Source: Moniliella sp. 'wahieum' (taxonomy: Eukaryota). From it: 64,000 nucleotides of DNA. The number at the start of each line of letters is the position of its first letter. Positions within the stretch are counted from its first letter, which is position 1. The notes under the pieces were generated by a model that saw only the letters and a list, made by a program, of their open reading frames with translations, was not told where the DNA came from and made no database searches. The translations under genes and the position numbers were made by a program. This document shows positions 11,430-24,537 of the stretch, one piece after another. Location of the stretch: positions 1,116,001 through 1,180,000 of the forward strand of contig RSEE01000006.1 in assembly GCA_003971905.1 (NCBI GenBank), read 5' to 3'.

Positions 11430-14400
11430 TTAGATGTCGTTCGGCCCAGGGTCGAAAAAGACGCGGAAGCGCAACTCGGAGCGAAGCGCCGCTTGGGCCG
11501 AGATGACAGTGTAGACGTGAAGGAAGAGTTGGGGGAACCGATGGGTAAAGTAGGCAAGGAAGCCATCGGGCAGCGAGCCAAGCCGACGCTGAAGTTGGGC
11601 GCTCATGTCGTGGTAATGGTGGGCCTTGTTGCGCATCGCGCGCAACAGATCTTGCACCTTGTGCGGGTCGTACGGTCGGAACTTGCCCAAATCGGCAACA
11701 AAGTGCCGGTCCACACGGCTGGTCCACCCGGCTGCGCCTAGGACATCGCCCGCACGCCGTTCTAGCACGACCAATGGCGCGGCAGGCGGGTCGCGCTCGA
11801 GCGTGTCAAACGCATCGCTGCTGTGCAGGAGGAACTGTAGCCGGTTGGGCGCGGTCCAAAAGTACGGGTGCACCAGGACTTCCGCCGCGGTCGGACGACG
11901 GGCGGGATCGGGGCAGATGCAGCCGAGGATGAGGTGCTGCGCCTCGTACCCTTCTTGGCCCAAGCGGGTTAGAGAGCTGAGTTGATGCTCGCCATGCAGG
12001 ACATTAAGTTCGCGTTCAAATCGGGACCCAAACGCATGCTGCCCGTTGGACAAGATATAGTAGGCAATGCACCGTACGAAAATACGTCGACGGCCCGTGT
12101 CACCCGGCGCTGCTCTTCTTCTTTTTCGACCGCCGTTCCGGCCGGCTTGGGCTCAACCCACCCCTCGGCCCGGTCGATTCCGCCCCGGACTCGAGGCTGA
12201 CCTCGCCCGAAGAATCTCGGGCGCACGCCAACCTACTGTCCCAGCGGGATGGGTGACGGTCTGGCTGAAGCTGCTCTGGGCTACGCTATCCAGCTTTTTG
12301 CTCAGCCCAAAGTCCGACAGCAACATCTTGAGTCGAGGCCGTGGGGTGGCCGCCGCCCCATATTTGCTCGATCGTGCTGGCGGAGCAATGGTGACCAAAA
12401 TGTTATGCGGTTTGAGGTCGCGGTGGACAATGGAGAGGCTGTGGAGGTGTTGGAGTCTTGGCCGATCTGCTCCAGCGCCAACTTGGGCTGGAGCAAGCCG
12501 GCCAGATTGTGGTACGCACCCGTACCGGCATCTTCCACCACATCGGCCAACGAGGCCTGACACAACTCGAGCGCAATGTACAGAAAGCTATCGGTTACTT
12601 CTTGGTAATAATACCGTACCACATTCGGATGGTCGTCGGCACTCTCGAGAAGGTGGACCTCCTTGGACGCAATGCGCGTAAAGTCTTTTAGCAACCGCTT
12701 CACCGCCACCGCCCGGCCTTGGAAGGAGCCCTTGAACACGACAGTCCCCGAGGAACCGTAGCCTGGAACACAACGTCAGTATAGAAAAAAAGATAAGAAA
12801 AAAAAGAGGCCCGACAAGCCTACGAAGGAGGGGTGACCGTACCAAGTACCTCGTCCGAAATGACCAAGGATGACGTCCGTCCTGCTGGTGCCGCATTGTG
12901 CAGCACTTGGCCGCGGCCGTCCAGGGCAAACAAATGTTCTTCCATCCTGGCACCCGCATCCCGCCTGGGACTGGCCAACGCAAGTTGCTCAACCACCGTT
13001 TCATCCCTCGCAGCGGTCAAGGGGCTCAGGTCCCTCTTGAGAAGGATGGCGAAGCATGCGGGGTAGGGAAGGGAGGAGTAGGATCGCGCGCCAGCGCTGC
13101 ATCGTATAGTGCGAGAGGCGTATCCGAGCCAAGAGCAAGGGCCGAACCAGGGTTGGGCTTTGGTCCGCCCCCGCTTCTGTCCCGGTCCGATCGGGCCGGA
13201 TGGGCTGGTACGACCCGTGTGACTCGGCTTCCGAGGGATGGCGCGGCGGCTCCGACACCAAGGGGGGCAACGTGGTAAAGTACCCATCTTCCATGCCTAG
13301 CTTGGGTCTTGAGATCAGTCTCGGCTGTAGCCATGCGCTCGGCCCGGGCCGCCTTGGCGGCCACTTGTTGGCCTGCGCGTTTGCCTCGCCTTTTTTCTTG
13401 GATTTGGGGCAGCCGGGGCGATGGCACCTTTGCCACGCCGACCGAGCTCCGTCTTCTCTGCCAGCGGCATCGGGAACAGCAGTCGTAACCACCCTACCCG
13501 CGTGGACCGTCTGCCTGCCTTCGGTCTTCCCCTTCGAAACCCACTCTGCCCAGTCGAGGGAGGTAGGAGGAAGGGGCACAGCGTGCGTTTCGTGCTGCAT
13601 GGGCCTGGCCACGGGTAAAGGGGCCACGCAGGTGGCCGGGAGGGTCTTGTCCGAACCATCCGTTTGAACTAGGGGCTGAGAGAGAGAGAACGTGGTTCGC
13701 GCGCGCGTCAGCTGGCAATGTAGGTGACAGGATACTGGGTCCAGCCTGCAACTCCAGGGCGCGGGCCGGCACGGGCAGGCTCCTGGAGTCGGAAGGCAGG
13801 CGAGGGGTAGAGGGGGGAGGAGAGCGCGGCGAGCGCAATTGCCAGCGGAGCCAAAGGAGTACCATGCTCACGAGACCGACGACAGCTGCCAGTGGCCAAG
13901 CGGGAGCGTGTGCACTGGGCGAACGGCTGGGCGTGCGAATCGGGTTGGGGAAAAAGGAATTGGATCGGGGCGAGGAGAGGGTTGCGTTGGTCGGGGGAGG
14001 CTCGAGGGTGGCGACGTGACCCTGGTCCCACGCCGTCGGGACCGGACCACCGACCCCGCGCCGCGAGTCGAACCAAAAGGACAGGGAAGGATCGAGGGAG
14101 CCGACGCGGCCCGAAGCGCGTTGGCTCTGGTAGCTACCAATCATGCACTGCAGTCCATGGCACTGGGACGAGTGTGAGGCCGGCGCAGGCGCGCCCAGTG
14201 CGGCAAGCGGATACCGCACCGAGCTCATCGCAAACAACGACCCGTCCGACGCACCCACGTACGTGTCCGCACCCGCACCTACATCCGTCTCGGCCGTCTG
14301 CGCCTCGTCCAATCGGCCTTGTCCAGATCGGCGCCCACGTGGCCCAGGCGCAAAACAGGATGGGGGACAAGCACGGGCCGCTGCGTAGGAAGCCGCATTT

Positions 14401-15527
14401 GGTCTTCGGGCGAGCCTTTGGGCTGGACAAAGTCAAACACCGACGCCACATTGGCGCCCATCGAGGTGGTCCAGATGGTCGGGTGCCAAGCCCGAGTCTC
14501 CTCGTCGGCCAGCCAAGCTTCCGCCTCGGGGGCCGAGCCAAGTTCGCCGACGAAGCGGCTTTGGGTGCGTGTGGGTCCGAGGTGTTGAGACAGATGAGAC
14601 TGCCTTCGTCGGGAAGGACGAGGATGCGCCGCGAGTCGGGGTAGCTCTGGGTGTTCCATGCCGCCAGCACGTCCCGGTCCGCCAAATTGGGTGAGTAGAG
14701 ACTGAGGTGGAGCGTCTGGGACAGGCTGGGGTCCTGCTTGGCATGAATGGCCAGGGTGTAGTCTGTCCTACCAATCAGCGCCCATTCATCGTCCTCCTCG
14801 TCCTGCTGCGCACCATCGGCCGGCCAGTCCCACTCGTTCGGCTCGCTCCCATTCGCCACCGACGTCGAGTGGCCAAACATGCTGCGTATGGCGCCGGTGC
14901 GGATGTTGACTTCGACAAGACGGGCTTGTTTGCTGCCAACAAACACGCGGCTGTCGTCGCCTGGGAAGGTAAAGGGCGAGAGGGAGACGAGTTGGGGGAG
15001 GGTAAGCGGAAGCTTGACCAGGGCCGCAGGAGGGCCGTCGACAGCAGGAGGGGCAGAGGGGGGCGCTGGTGGACGAGGAGGCATGGGCAAGAAGCGCGGA
15101 CGGAGAACCAGACAGGACGTAGAGCGCGCCTTGGGCGGCGGGCTCGACAAGGTAGATGTTCAGGTAGTCGTGGGACGACTGGGCGAGCATCTGGGCGAGG
15201 GAGAGGCGGGGGGGCCATAGGAGGCGCTGACGACGGGGCGGAAGGGCAGACACTCCTCCAGCTGGCCCGTGGCGGCGGGAGGAGGTGTCGGGCCACGACG
15301 CGCCGCAGCCCAGCGACCAGCGCACATCGCCCGACGTACGGTCGACGCCGTGGAGAGAGCCATCGGTGCAGGCGACAAGCGCGGTGAGCAGGCGGAGGCG
15401 GCGGAGCGCGAGAGAGAGAGGCCGGGCAGGGGGGCGAGGACGAGGCAGAGGCAGGCGGCGGCAGAGAGACGCGAGCGACGAGAGCAGCGCCGCGGCGTCG
15501 GCGACGAGGGAGGCGCCAGGACATCAT
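11430..15527 (-). CDS. IRE1: ER stress sensor kinase/endoribonuclease Ire1
   Basis: Luminal region (LPLTLPQLVSLSPF, IGRTDYTL), TM WPLAAVVGLVSMVLLWL, kinase VLG|YGSSGTVVFKG...VAVKRLL, HRDLKPHNIL, SDFGLSKKL, GTVGWRAPE, KEN/RNase DLLRAMRNKAHHY...YFTHRFPQL. Intron 12763-12842. Confidence 0.95.
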
Positions 15528-18500
15528 GCGGGGCGCATGTGCATTGCCCAGCGGGTGGAAGAGCGACGGTTGGTGGATGGGGGTGGTGGTTGAATGTTGG
15601 TGATTTTGGTGGTGATGCGGTGCTCAATATTCAATGCTGAATACTCAATGGCTGCCTTGCGTGCCCGCCGCTTGCGAAGTGCGAAGCCCATCCGACCAGC
15701 TGGCCGCACAGGGGCAGTGTGGGCGCGCTGGCGCCACGCCCCCACGGCGCCAGTTGCCTTCGGCTCGCCCTGCCCTCGCTCCTGTCTCCTTCCTCCCCCT
15801 CCTGCCCCTGTCGCTGGCGGATGATGTGGGCGGCCACCATCGCCAGGACAGGGGACGGCGAGCCCACCTGACATCGCTACACCGCACCCCCCCATCCCAT
15901 CCGCCCCAACGGACACCAGATCATGGCAGGCACCGCCGCCGCACACCTCGCACTCCCAGTTCAGCCTCCACTGCAGCACCCCACGCATCACAAGCCGAAA
16001 AGTGTGCCCGCTACATCTTCTCCGCACACCTCTGAGGCTCGGACGCGATCTTCACGCCCACGCATCCTGCACTTGTATCCTCGCGGCGGGTCGGGACGTA
16101 GCTCCAACAATAAGTTGCCGTGCTGGAGCATCATCCCTTTTGGTCACCGCTTGCCGCGAACCCGGGTCAAAGAACGTGCCCGATCCGCTCCAGCGGGTCG
16201 GACGGGTGGTGTGGATCTGAGGTGGGGGGGGGGTTGGTGGATCACAGAATTCCTAGGGGAGGCCAAAGCGTTGGGTCACCATGACAAGGTACGCAACACA
16301 CTGTTGGTCCCCGACTCGGTCCCAGCTGGAGCTACGCGCGAGGCGGGGCAGTGGCGGCCAACCACAGCGGGGGAGGAACCTGGCCGCTCCAAACGAGCCA
16401 CGGCCAGTGAGACAGGAACGAGACAATCAGGACCTAGAGCGATCCCATTCCAACGTTACGTTCACTTCCTCCCCGGGGAGCACATCGCCGCATCATTCCA
16501 AATTTGCTCGGGACGGCCATGTCGAAAGGTGCTTGTCTCCCAGGGAGCGGGTTGGGTGGGGTGGGGGGGGCATAGGGGGGGGGGGGGGGGGGGACCGCGA
16601 CAAGACAGGAGCGAGGCTGGTTTTTGCTCTCTTAAGGGAAGCAATAACCGCTGCTGCTGCTGGGCGCGGATGCGTTCGGGGACCGTAACCACGCGTGGGC
16701 TGCTGACCGTGGCAGTGCGGGTAAAGGGGCGGGCACATACGGGACGAGCGTGGGCCTGAGGCTTCGGACGCAAGGATGGGGAACGAGGCGGGAGAGGGAA
16801 GAGAGGGTTATCGCGTGCCCTCCTGATTGCGTGCGTGCGAAGAAGGAAGGACGATGAGGAGATGATGAGGAAAACGGGAGGGCGGTCCTCGATACAACAA
16901 ACTGCTCGTTCGGTCAACTCAGCCAGCTCCTCTCTGTCCTTCGGTAGCGTCGAGCTGTGATGAATGGCTCACTTCTTGCACCCCATCACCCTACAGATAC
17001 TCCAGCGCAAGTGCATCCTTCCCTCCACTGGACTTTGCACGTGATGCTCTTACGCCACCCAGGCTCGCATGGCCTTTGGTGATGGTGGCCCACAGCTCAT
17101 CGTCCTGGGTCCCTAACAGACGCGTCGTTGACGGAAGGGTGGCCACATCTAGTTCCAGCACCTTTTTGTGGCGAGGAACTCATCGTGTGGTTATGACGAG
17201 GAGCGCGCGCGACGAGAGCTGGGGCATTGTGGGACCGTACGACCTATAGGATTCGTGTCTTTTCAACACCCACACTCCAGCAAAAAGTTAAGCCACTGTG
17301 GGATTTCTCTACACACTGGACCCACTCTCTCGCAGCGCTTCGAAAGAGTGGATCAGCACTAACTGCGTGAGTCCGCTCTTCCCCCTTCCTGGCATCGCTT
17401 CGGTGCTCTTGAAAAGGAACGCTCTACTGTGTAACATGTATGACAAAAGTACAGGGCAAAAAGTGCACTGCACGACAACACACCACATATACATGACCCC
17501 CCTCACCGCATATACACCTTGAAGATGGGAGGACGGAGATGTGCGGAGGGAATGCAGTTGAGCGCTGCTGAATTTGGTCTGTGGCTATTACTGCTGGCAA
17601 AAGGCCCAACAGAGATTGCGCAGCGGCCTGGTGCAAAAGAGTCATTCGGGCGGGACGTTAGCAGTAGAAGGCAGTTTGTGGAAGGGGTTACCCTCATGGC
17701 TAATCGAAATTCTGGTGCACAATCTTGCGGGCCTTGCCACCTTGAATTTCGTACGTAGGCCTCACATATCAATCCGGAACCTTGTTACCGGCATTTTCGA
17801 TTAGCTATGCTATGTGGGGGGTTTCGTTCGAAGGTTGGTGCCTGTCGATCGGATGGTGCAGTACATATGTGGTGTGGCATGTGAGTGTGAGTTGAGTGCT
17901 GGACGTGGGGGTCGCCATCGATGGGGCGGCGTCTTGTGCGTCCCAATTGCTGGCATGCGAGCATTGCGAGATGGCCGGCTGGAGGGGGCGACGTGCTGAT
18001 GGATTCGATGATTGATGATCGATGAACGTTGCAGATGCCATCGATGCCATCTTTTCCTGTGGCGGGGCTCATCGTGCGCTGAGTAAGTGGCGCTTAGACC
18101 GGCGGGGGCAGGGCAGCAGTGTCGGATGCGTTTCTGGCCCGTGCCGGCCCGATACGGGACCGGCACAGCGCACCACAGCGGGCCAGTGCTTTGCCACCTG
18201 CTCACGTGACAGCCTGGTTCTTATCAGATCTGCCCTCTCTGCGCTCACGCGACGCAGCCGCGGGGGGAGCGTGGCAGACAGGCGCCGTGCCCGCTGAGGC
18301 AACCGCCCTCCCGATGGCACGAGCGGCTGTGCGCGCAGGCCATCGCATTCGGGCCCAGCGTGCCGATGCGCCCCCGTCCTGATCACCGCTGACGCTCACC
18401 GCTCGTCTGCTGCATGAGCGCATCCTCCTCCACACTGCCCCCCTGCCCGCCTGTTCCGCCCCATTTCGCTTTTATTTGTTTGGCCCAGCCTGGCCAGCCA

Positions 18501-18677
18501 AGTCCGCGTCTTCTCAAAGCAAAAATCCCCGGCTCGCCACCCTCGCTTGTCCCTCTCCACCATCACCTCCGCCTCTTCTCCGCCTCTTCCTCCCGACCGC
18601 CACCACCTTCAGCACTACCACCAGCTCTACCACCGCAACCACCACCTCCGCCACCTCCCCTGGCCTCTGCATCCTCC

Positions 18678-18708
<31 letters not shown>

Positions 18709-18716
18709 CCACCACC

Positions 18717-20994
18717 ATGTCCGCCGTCGGCGCACGCGTCTCCCTCGCCCGCCACGCGGCGAATGCCACCCCAGGCTCCGCACCCGCATCCACTCCCACC
18801 ACCCCTCCCGCTGCCCGCCGCTCCGCACGTCCTCGTCCTGGGTGGCAGCAGCTATGGCGGTATGCACTGCGCTTCCGTCCTGGCCGAGCAGCTTCCGCCC
18901 GGCCATCGCGTCATCCTCATCGAGCGCAACAGCCACTTTAACCGTACGTCCCATCCCCGCTTCTGTTTGCCCTCTTTTTCAGCTCCATAACGCTGAGCGC
19001 TGACTTGCCCCTAGATCTCTACTGCTTCCCGCGCTTTAGCGTGCTCTGGCCACGAACACGAAGCCTACATTCCATACTCGTCCATCTACGCCTCGGAAAT
19101 GCCCCAGGACGACGCTGGGCCCACGCCAGCGCCCGCTGCACGGGAGGACAAGTCCACTGCGACCGATGGCGCACCGAGGCAGCGCGATCTACCGATGAAG
19201 CGTCTGCGTCGGTGCGCAAGGGTCTTTTGTTTGACAACGGCCCGTCTTCGGGAGGGCGGAAACGTTTGATGTTCCGCCGCGCGGCGATGAGACTCGGCCA
19301 GCGGAGGCGGCGGCAGCGACGCTGACGCACTCAACGAGTGAGCCCTCGAGCGATACCGACCCGTTGAGTGAGGGCGACACGCCCCCGTCTCGCTCTCGTG
19401 TCTCGTCGGGCCCGACGAGTGTGGCGGGCGACGATGAGCTGGGTGCGGACCATCGGGGGCGAGGGCGACATGAGAAAAGATGATTGAACAGGACGCGAGA
19501 ACGGTGCACAGCGATCGCTTTCGTTCCAAGTGGCCAACTTGGACTTGGCGGATCAGGAGGACGCGAATGGGGAGCAGGACGTGCCCGAGCGGTACGAAGC
19601 TGCGAGGGGGATGCGGTGATGCTGTCGCCAGTCCATCGGAACCGCACCCGCACCTGTGCTCCAGGGCACGGTCACCGAAATCAACTCGCACCATGTTGTC
19701 GTTGCGCCCGAGTGCAGCCAGACGACGGACCATGCGTTGGCCCAGCTGGGCAAGGCGCCCACGTCCAAACTTTGGTCGATTGATCAGGTCTCCATTCCGT
19801 ACGATTACCTCGTCTATGCATTAGGCAGCAAGATGCCCGACCCGCTGCGCTCCGACGCACGGACCAAGGCCGGCGGCGTGGCGTGGATGAAGCAGATGCA
19901 AGCGCGCATCACGGCCGCTGAAAAAATTGTAATTGTCGGGGGGCGCGTTGGGCGTGGAGTATGCGCTGGACATTGCCACCATCTTTCCGGCCAAAGCGTC
20001 GCAAGTCACGCTCTTGCACAGCCGGACCCAGCTCTTGCCCAACTTTGATCCGGCCGTGCACGGCCTCGTTCTCGAGCGCCTGACGCAGGCCGGGTGTGTG
20101 AATGTCCTGGGCGAGCGCCTGGCGTTGGCAAGGGTGTCCGTTGGGCAGCACGGTCAGCTCGAGTGACAAGTCGGCACCGGGCCGGGCGCGTACAGTTGCG
20201 CCGTCGCCGTTGGACCAACCCGTGGGCGAAAGCCAACTGTCCGGACCACGACCGGGCGCGAGATTGAGGCGGATCTGCTGCTGTGTGCACGGGCCAACAA
20301 CCCAACTCGAATCTGATGGCTTCCTTTTCGCCTCGAGTGTCGACGTGAACTCGCGGATCATCAAGGTCGCGCCCACGATGCAGGTCCAGGCCGACCCGAG
20401 CACGTGGATGCCCACGGACCCTTTGCTTTCCGTCCTCCGTGGTCGATTGCGATGCTTTGTCGAGCGCAAGACGGGTCAGACCATCCCCACATTGTCCTGA
20501 CCCAGGAGCACACTGGCGAGCAAGAGGGGACCGGACGAAGGGACCACCAAGTGCTTCCGCATATCTATGCCATTGGCGATGTAGCCGATGCGTTTGGCGC
20601 GATCAATGCTGGTTACCAAGCGTGGACCATGGCCGAAGTCGCTGCGCGGAACATTGTTCGTCAGATCCGGCAGCACGAAGCGCCTTTGCCCGGGTCTGCC
20701 TCGCCGGCGCGGGCGCCCGTTGGGCTGGCGCCGACCGACGCTTCCAGCCCCGCCTGGGCGAGTCCGAGTCCGATACCGACCCCGCCACCGAGCAGGGCAG
20801 AGGCGATGGAACACTTTACGCCCATTGCGCCCATGCTCAAGTTGAGTCTCGGTATGGGCTCGATGGTGTTCCAGGGCCTGCCGGACCCGCAGGGCAAGCC
20901 GCTGGTCGAGGTGCGCGAACGACCCGGAGGACCTGGGCGTCAAGACAATTGGCACTTTATGGCCAAGGCTTCCACCGCCGACATGTACCGCTAA
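18717..20994 (+). CDS. FAD/NAD(P)-dependent oxidoreductase, AMID/AIF-like family
   Basis: VLVLGGSSYGG, ILIERNSHFN|HLYCFPRF (intron 18944-19014), PYDYLVYALGS, IVIVGGGALGVEYA, IYAIGDVADAFGAINAG. Several frameshifts; start uncertain. Confidence 0.85.
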
Positions 20995-21969
20995 ACTCAT
21001 GCCCCAAGTACCCCAAGCCCCAAAGCGCCGGTCGTGTGGCCCAGTGGGTTGTGGGTTGGGTTGGGTCCTGAGTCATGCTTCATGGTTCCTGATGAGATCT
21101 CGTCTGTTCCGTTCTTATCGCCTGGCCCTCTCTCTTTGGGGTTGCCCCCCTCCTATTCGTCTCTCAGCTATTGGTTCCTTCCCTTCCTATGTCGACCCTA
21201 TGGTTTTCATCGTCTCCTGGCGCAATCCCCTCTTTGGCGCGCCTCTTGTCTGTTTGTTTGTTTTGGTTGCGCGTTCTTGCGCCAGTGTCCATTCGTTTTC
21301 GCATTCGCTCATCGAGCTCATTGATCACCCCATCCCATCCCATCTCCCATCCCCATCCCCATCTTATTCCCACCTCATCCCATCCCATCTCCATGCCATC
21401 CTCTTTTTTCCCGTTTTGTACTCTTCCGCAACCCATATTTTGTTTTTGTTTTTGTTTTGGATTCCCTGTCTGATTTCGACGGTTTGATAGGACGGACGCT
21501 AGGATGGACGCGAGCCTAGGAAGCGCCTGCTTGGCTGGGTAAGACGCGGGCCGGACTTTTTTGTGGGAACGGTGAGAAGCGAGATATCTTAGACGGGCGT
21601 GGAACCAACTGCGGGTTTGAGTCGGTGGGACGAACAGTGGGCGCATCCCTGTACCTCGTGCGCCGCCCACTGCAGGCAGCCCAGGCTCGTGCTGCTCGTG
21701 CTATCCTGTGTCGGACAGGATTCGTACGAGTCTAAACTACTCGGCGCTACGGAGCTCTCCACCCCATGCAGCACAAGACTGTGGGAGGATAGTTCAAAGT
21801 CGTGACAGTGGAAGAAGAACAAAACTCCAAATTAATATATCTCCCGCGTTTTTACTTTCCCGCATGCAATGAAACGCCACTGCAGGCCGACCGTGGCGGG
21901 AGGGGCCGAGAGAAAAGAGGGTGAACGACGATGCTTGCCCTGCGCCTGTATCGATTATCCCTCCCCAGC

Positions 21970-24074
21970 TCAGAGTTTGGCCGGGGGCGCGCTGGCTGCA
22001 GCCTTCTCCACCACGTCGCGCAGCAACTGGAGTGCCTGCACCAGGTTCTGGGCAAACTTGGGTAGACGAAGCGGAGGTTTTGGATTCAATGCCAAACTTC
22101 ACACTTGTTGCCCAGGTAATTGCACCCGTACCCGTCGGGGTAGCCGCGCCAAAGCCCGTGCCGACCAGGCGGTCGCCCGAATTGAGTCCCGAGGTGGACA
22201 AGGTCCAGGTTTGGCTCTGCGCAAACGCTTCGTCTGCCAGCAGCGCTGGCATGGGGCCGTCCCTACTGCATCGTACACCAACCGCAGCCCCGTGAGGTGC
22301 CGGTCAATGCCGTTGCCAAGCTGGCGTTTTTGGTTTGAAGCGAGTGCGCCTTGCACGCCTTGGCCAGCAAGTCGGCCAGCTGCTTGGGCTCCTGGTCTTG
22401 TTTCCTCAGCAGCGCCGACACCAACTGGTAACTCTCGGTCGAGAAGATCGGATGACGTCGGTGCGTCCATGCTGGAAGACGCGCGTCGAGCCGTTTCGTA
22501 CGTCGGCGTTTGCTTGCCATACGACAAGGCCATGGCCACTTGCAATGCCATTTGCAAAAACGCATCGGGGCTGGCCTTGCCCACTTTTTTATCCACTCGG
22601 CACCATACTCGTCAAAGAACAACTCGCGAATGTCACTCTCGGCCGCAATCGCCATCGCGTTGCGCGTCGACCGCTCAATTTCCTCAAGCAACGCCCCGGC
22701 CAGATCAAAGTCGCGCCGGACAAACGCCGAGGCCGCCGACGAAATTTCGCCCGCGGGCGTGGTGGTGACCGAGGGGAAACTTTGTCCGACCGGTGTGGCC
22801 GGAACGGCGGCAATAGTCGGCCAAGATGGCCGGGATCAACATCAATCGGCGAGTGCTCACCCATAAAGCTAGCCGCCCATTCGGCTCGACGATCAACGTC
22901 AGCGATTTGTCAAACCACCGGTTGTGGCCGCCACGGCCGGCGCCACTGCCGTTGCGCGCATGGGCATCGACCCAGGCGGGCGAAGCGGCGACGGGCGCAG
23001 GGTGGTCGCGGGTAGGGGCAAGACGGAGGTGTCCAAGGCGAGAACAAAGAGCGACTGTTGGATCGCCTGTACGCTTGCCGAGTTCTGCGCCGAGTGCGCC
23101 AACACTTTTTCCCGCACCACCGTCCACCGTCCCGGTCGTCTGCGCTCAGCACGCCCACCCCGCTCCGTCCGGCCGCGTTTGCGCGTCGGCGACGAGCGCT
23201 TGCAGGCCCTGCTCAATCGCCGCGGAGAGAGGATGAAGCCGGTAAGGGGATCAATGACTTGCAAGTCGTAGTAATTGTTACGAATGACCACCGTGATGTG
23301 GTACGCGACGGGGTCCGAGGCAAGCGCCTTATCTTGCGCCACGGCCGGCGCGGCCGGACGCGTGTTCCAGTCGTGGGGCAACCTGGGATGCGCGTCACAC
23401 CAAACAGGTTGGTGTACTGGTGCATGCAAAACGGACCGGCGCGCGATGTATCGGGAGAATGGTCTGCTTGTCCAAGCGAACCTTAAATTCGACCAGCCGC
23501 CAGCTGAGCCACGCCGCGCGCCGCAGCGCCAGCGACACGACGTCCAATGCGCCGGGCCGAGCAGCGCGGCAACATCAATCGGCTTGGATGGGTCCTTGGC
23601 CAGGCGGGCCCAGTCGGCCTGGGAGAGAGAGTGCAGCGGCGAAGGGTTGCCTGGGTGGCTGATGTCCGCCGGTCTGCACGTTGGTGTCGGGCGCAAAGAG
23701 CAGCCACCAATTGGAATTGACCAGGAGCGGCACGCGCACTCGTGGTACGCCTTTTGCAGCCAGTAGCGGTCGTCGAGCCAGTTGGTCGCCGTGGTGCTGT
23801 TCACGTCGCTCAGGCGGTTCTGCAGCACGGTGGCCAGGTCCGAGTCGAGGAACTGGCGCGCATACTCCTTGCGCTTGGCCAGCTCCGACGCAGCGGTCGC
23901 GCCGCGGCAGCTGGCCCAGCTCCTCGGCCTGGAGAAAGAGCGGCTGGAGCGAGACGAGGTAGCGCTCCACCGTCTGGGCCAGCGGCGGGACGGGCAGGCG
24001 CGGCAGGCGGACTGGAAGGCGAGCGTCTTGGGCGCCTGCTCGGGCGGGCCGGGGAAGGTGGCGAGCGCTTGCAT
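21970..24074 (-). CDS. Carnitine O-acyltransferase (choline/carnitine acyltransferase family) with C-terminal PTS1 (AKL)
   Basis: LPRLPVPPLAQTVERYL, NWLDDRYWLQKAY, HNRWFDKSL, catalytic GEHSPID, SPDAFLQMALQ, TYETA, GNGIDRHL, WTLSTSGL. Ends ...EKAAASAPPAKL*. Confidence 0.9.
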
Positions 24075-24537
24075 GGGGGGAGGGGGGACGAAGATGGAGA
24101 ACGAGGGGCAGCCCGGGGATGAAAGCACGGTACTTAACCTGATAGCTGGGCCAGCGGCGTCTTTCAATTTCAGTCACGGCTGGTCCAGCCTCCGAGCCGG
24201 CGGATGGCGCGCTGTGCTGGCTGGGCGCTGGCTGCCCGCCGCCCGCCCGGCTTCCGGCTGGCGGTGCCGGCGGCCGACCCACCCGCTGCGTGATACCAGC
24301 CGTCACATGCACACGTCACGTGCCTGGCTAGCTCTCGCCTGCGGCGGCCGTTCGGTGCAACGCACAACCCGAGCGCCGGGCCACGCGCATCAGCACTGCA
24401 GCCCCGTGCAGCCCCTCTGGCCAAGCGATGCACTAGGGTTGGCCTCTGCCCTAGGGTTAGCCGCCCTGGCTGCCTCCAGCGACGGCGTCGCCCCCTCGCT
24501 TGTTCGCTGCGCCTGCTCCACGCTCCAACAGACACCC

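Noticed and set aside
15594..18700. Many short ORFs in the IRE1/AMID intergenic region
   Set aside because: Low-complexity R/P/G-rich translations without family motifs or convincing gene structure.
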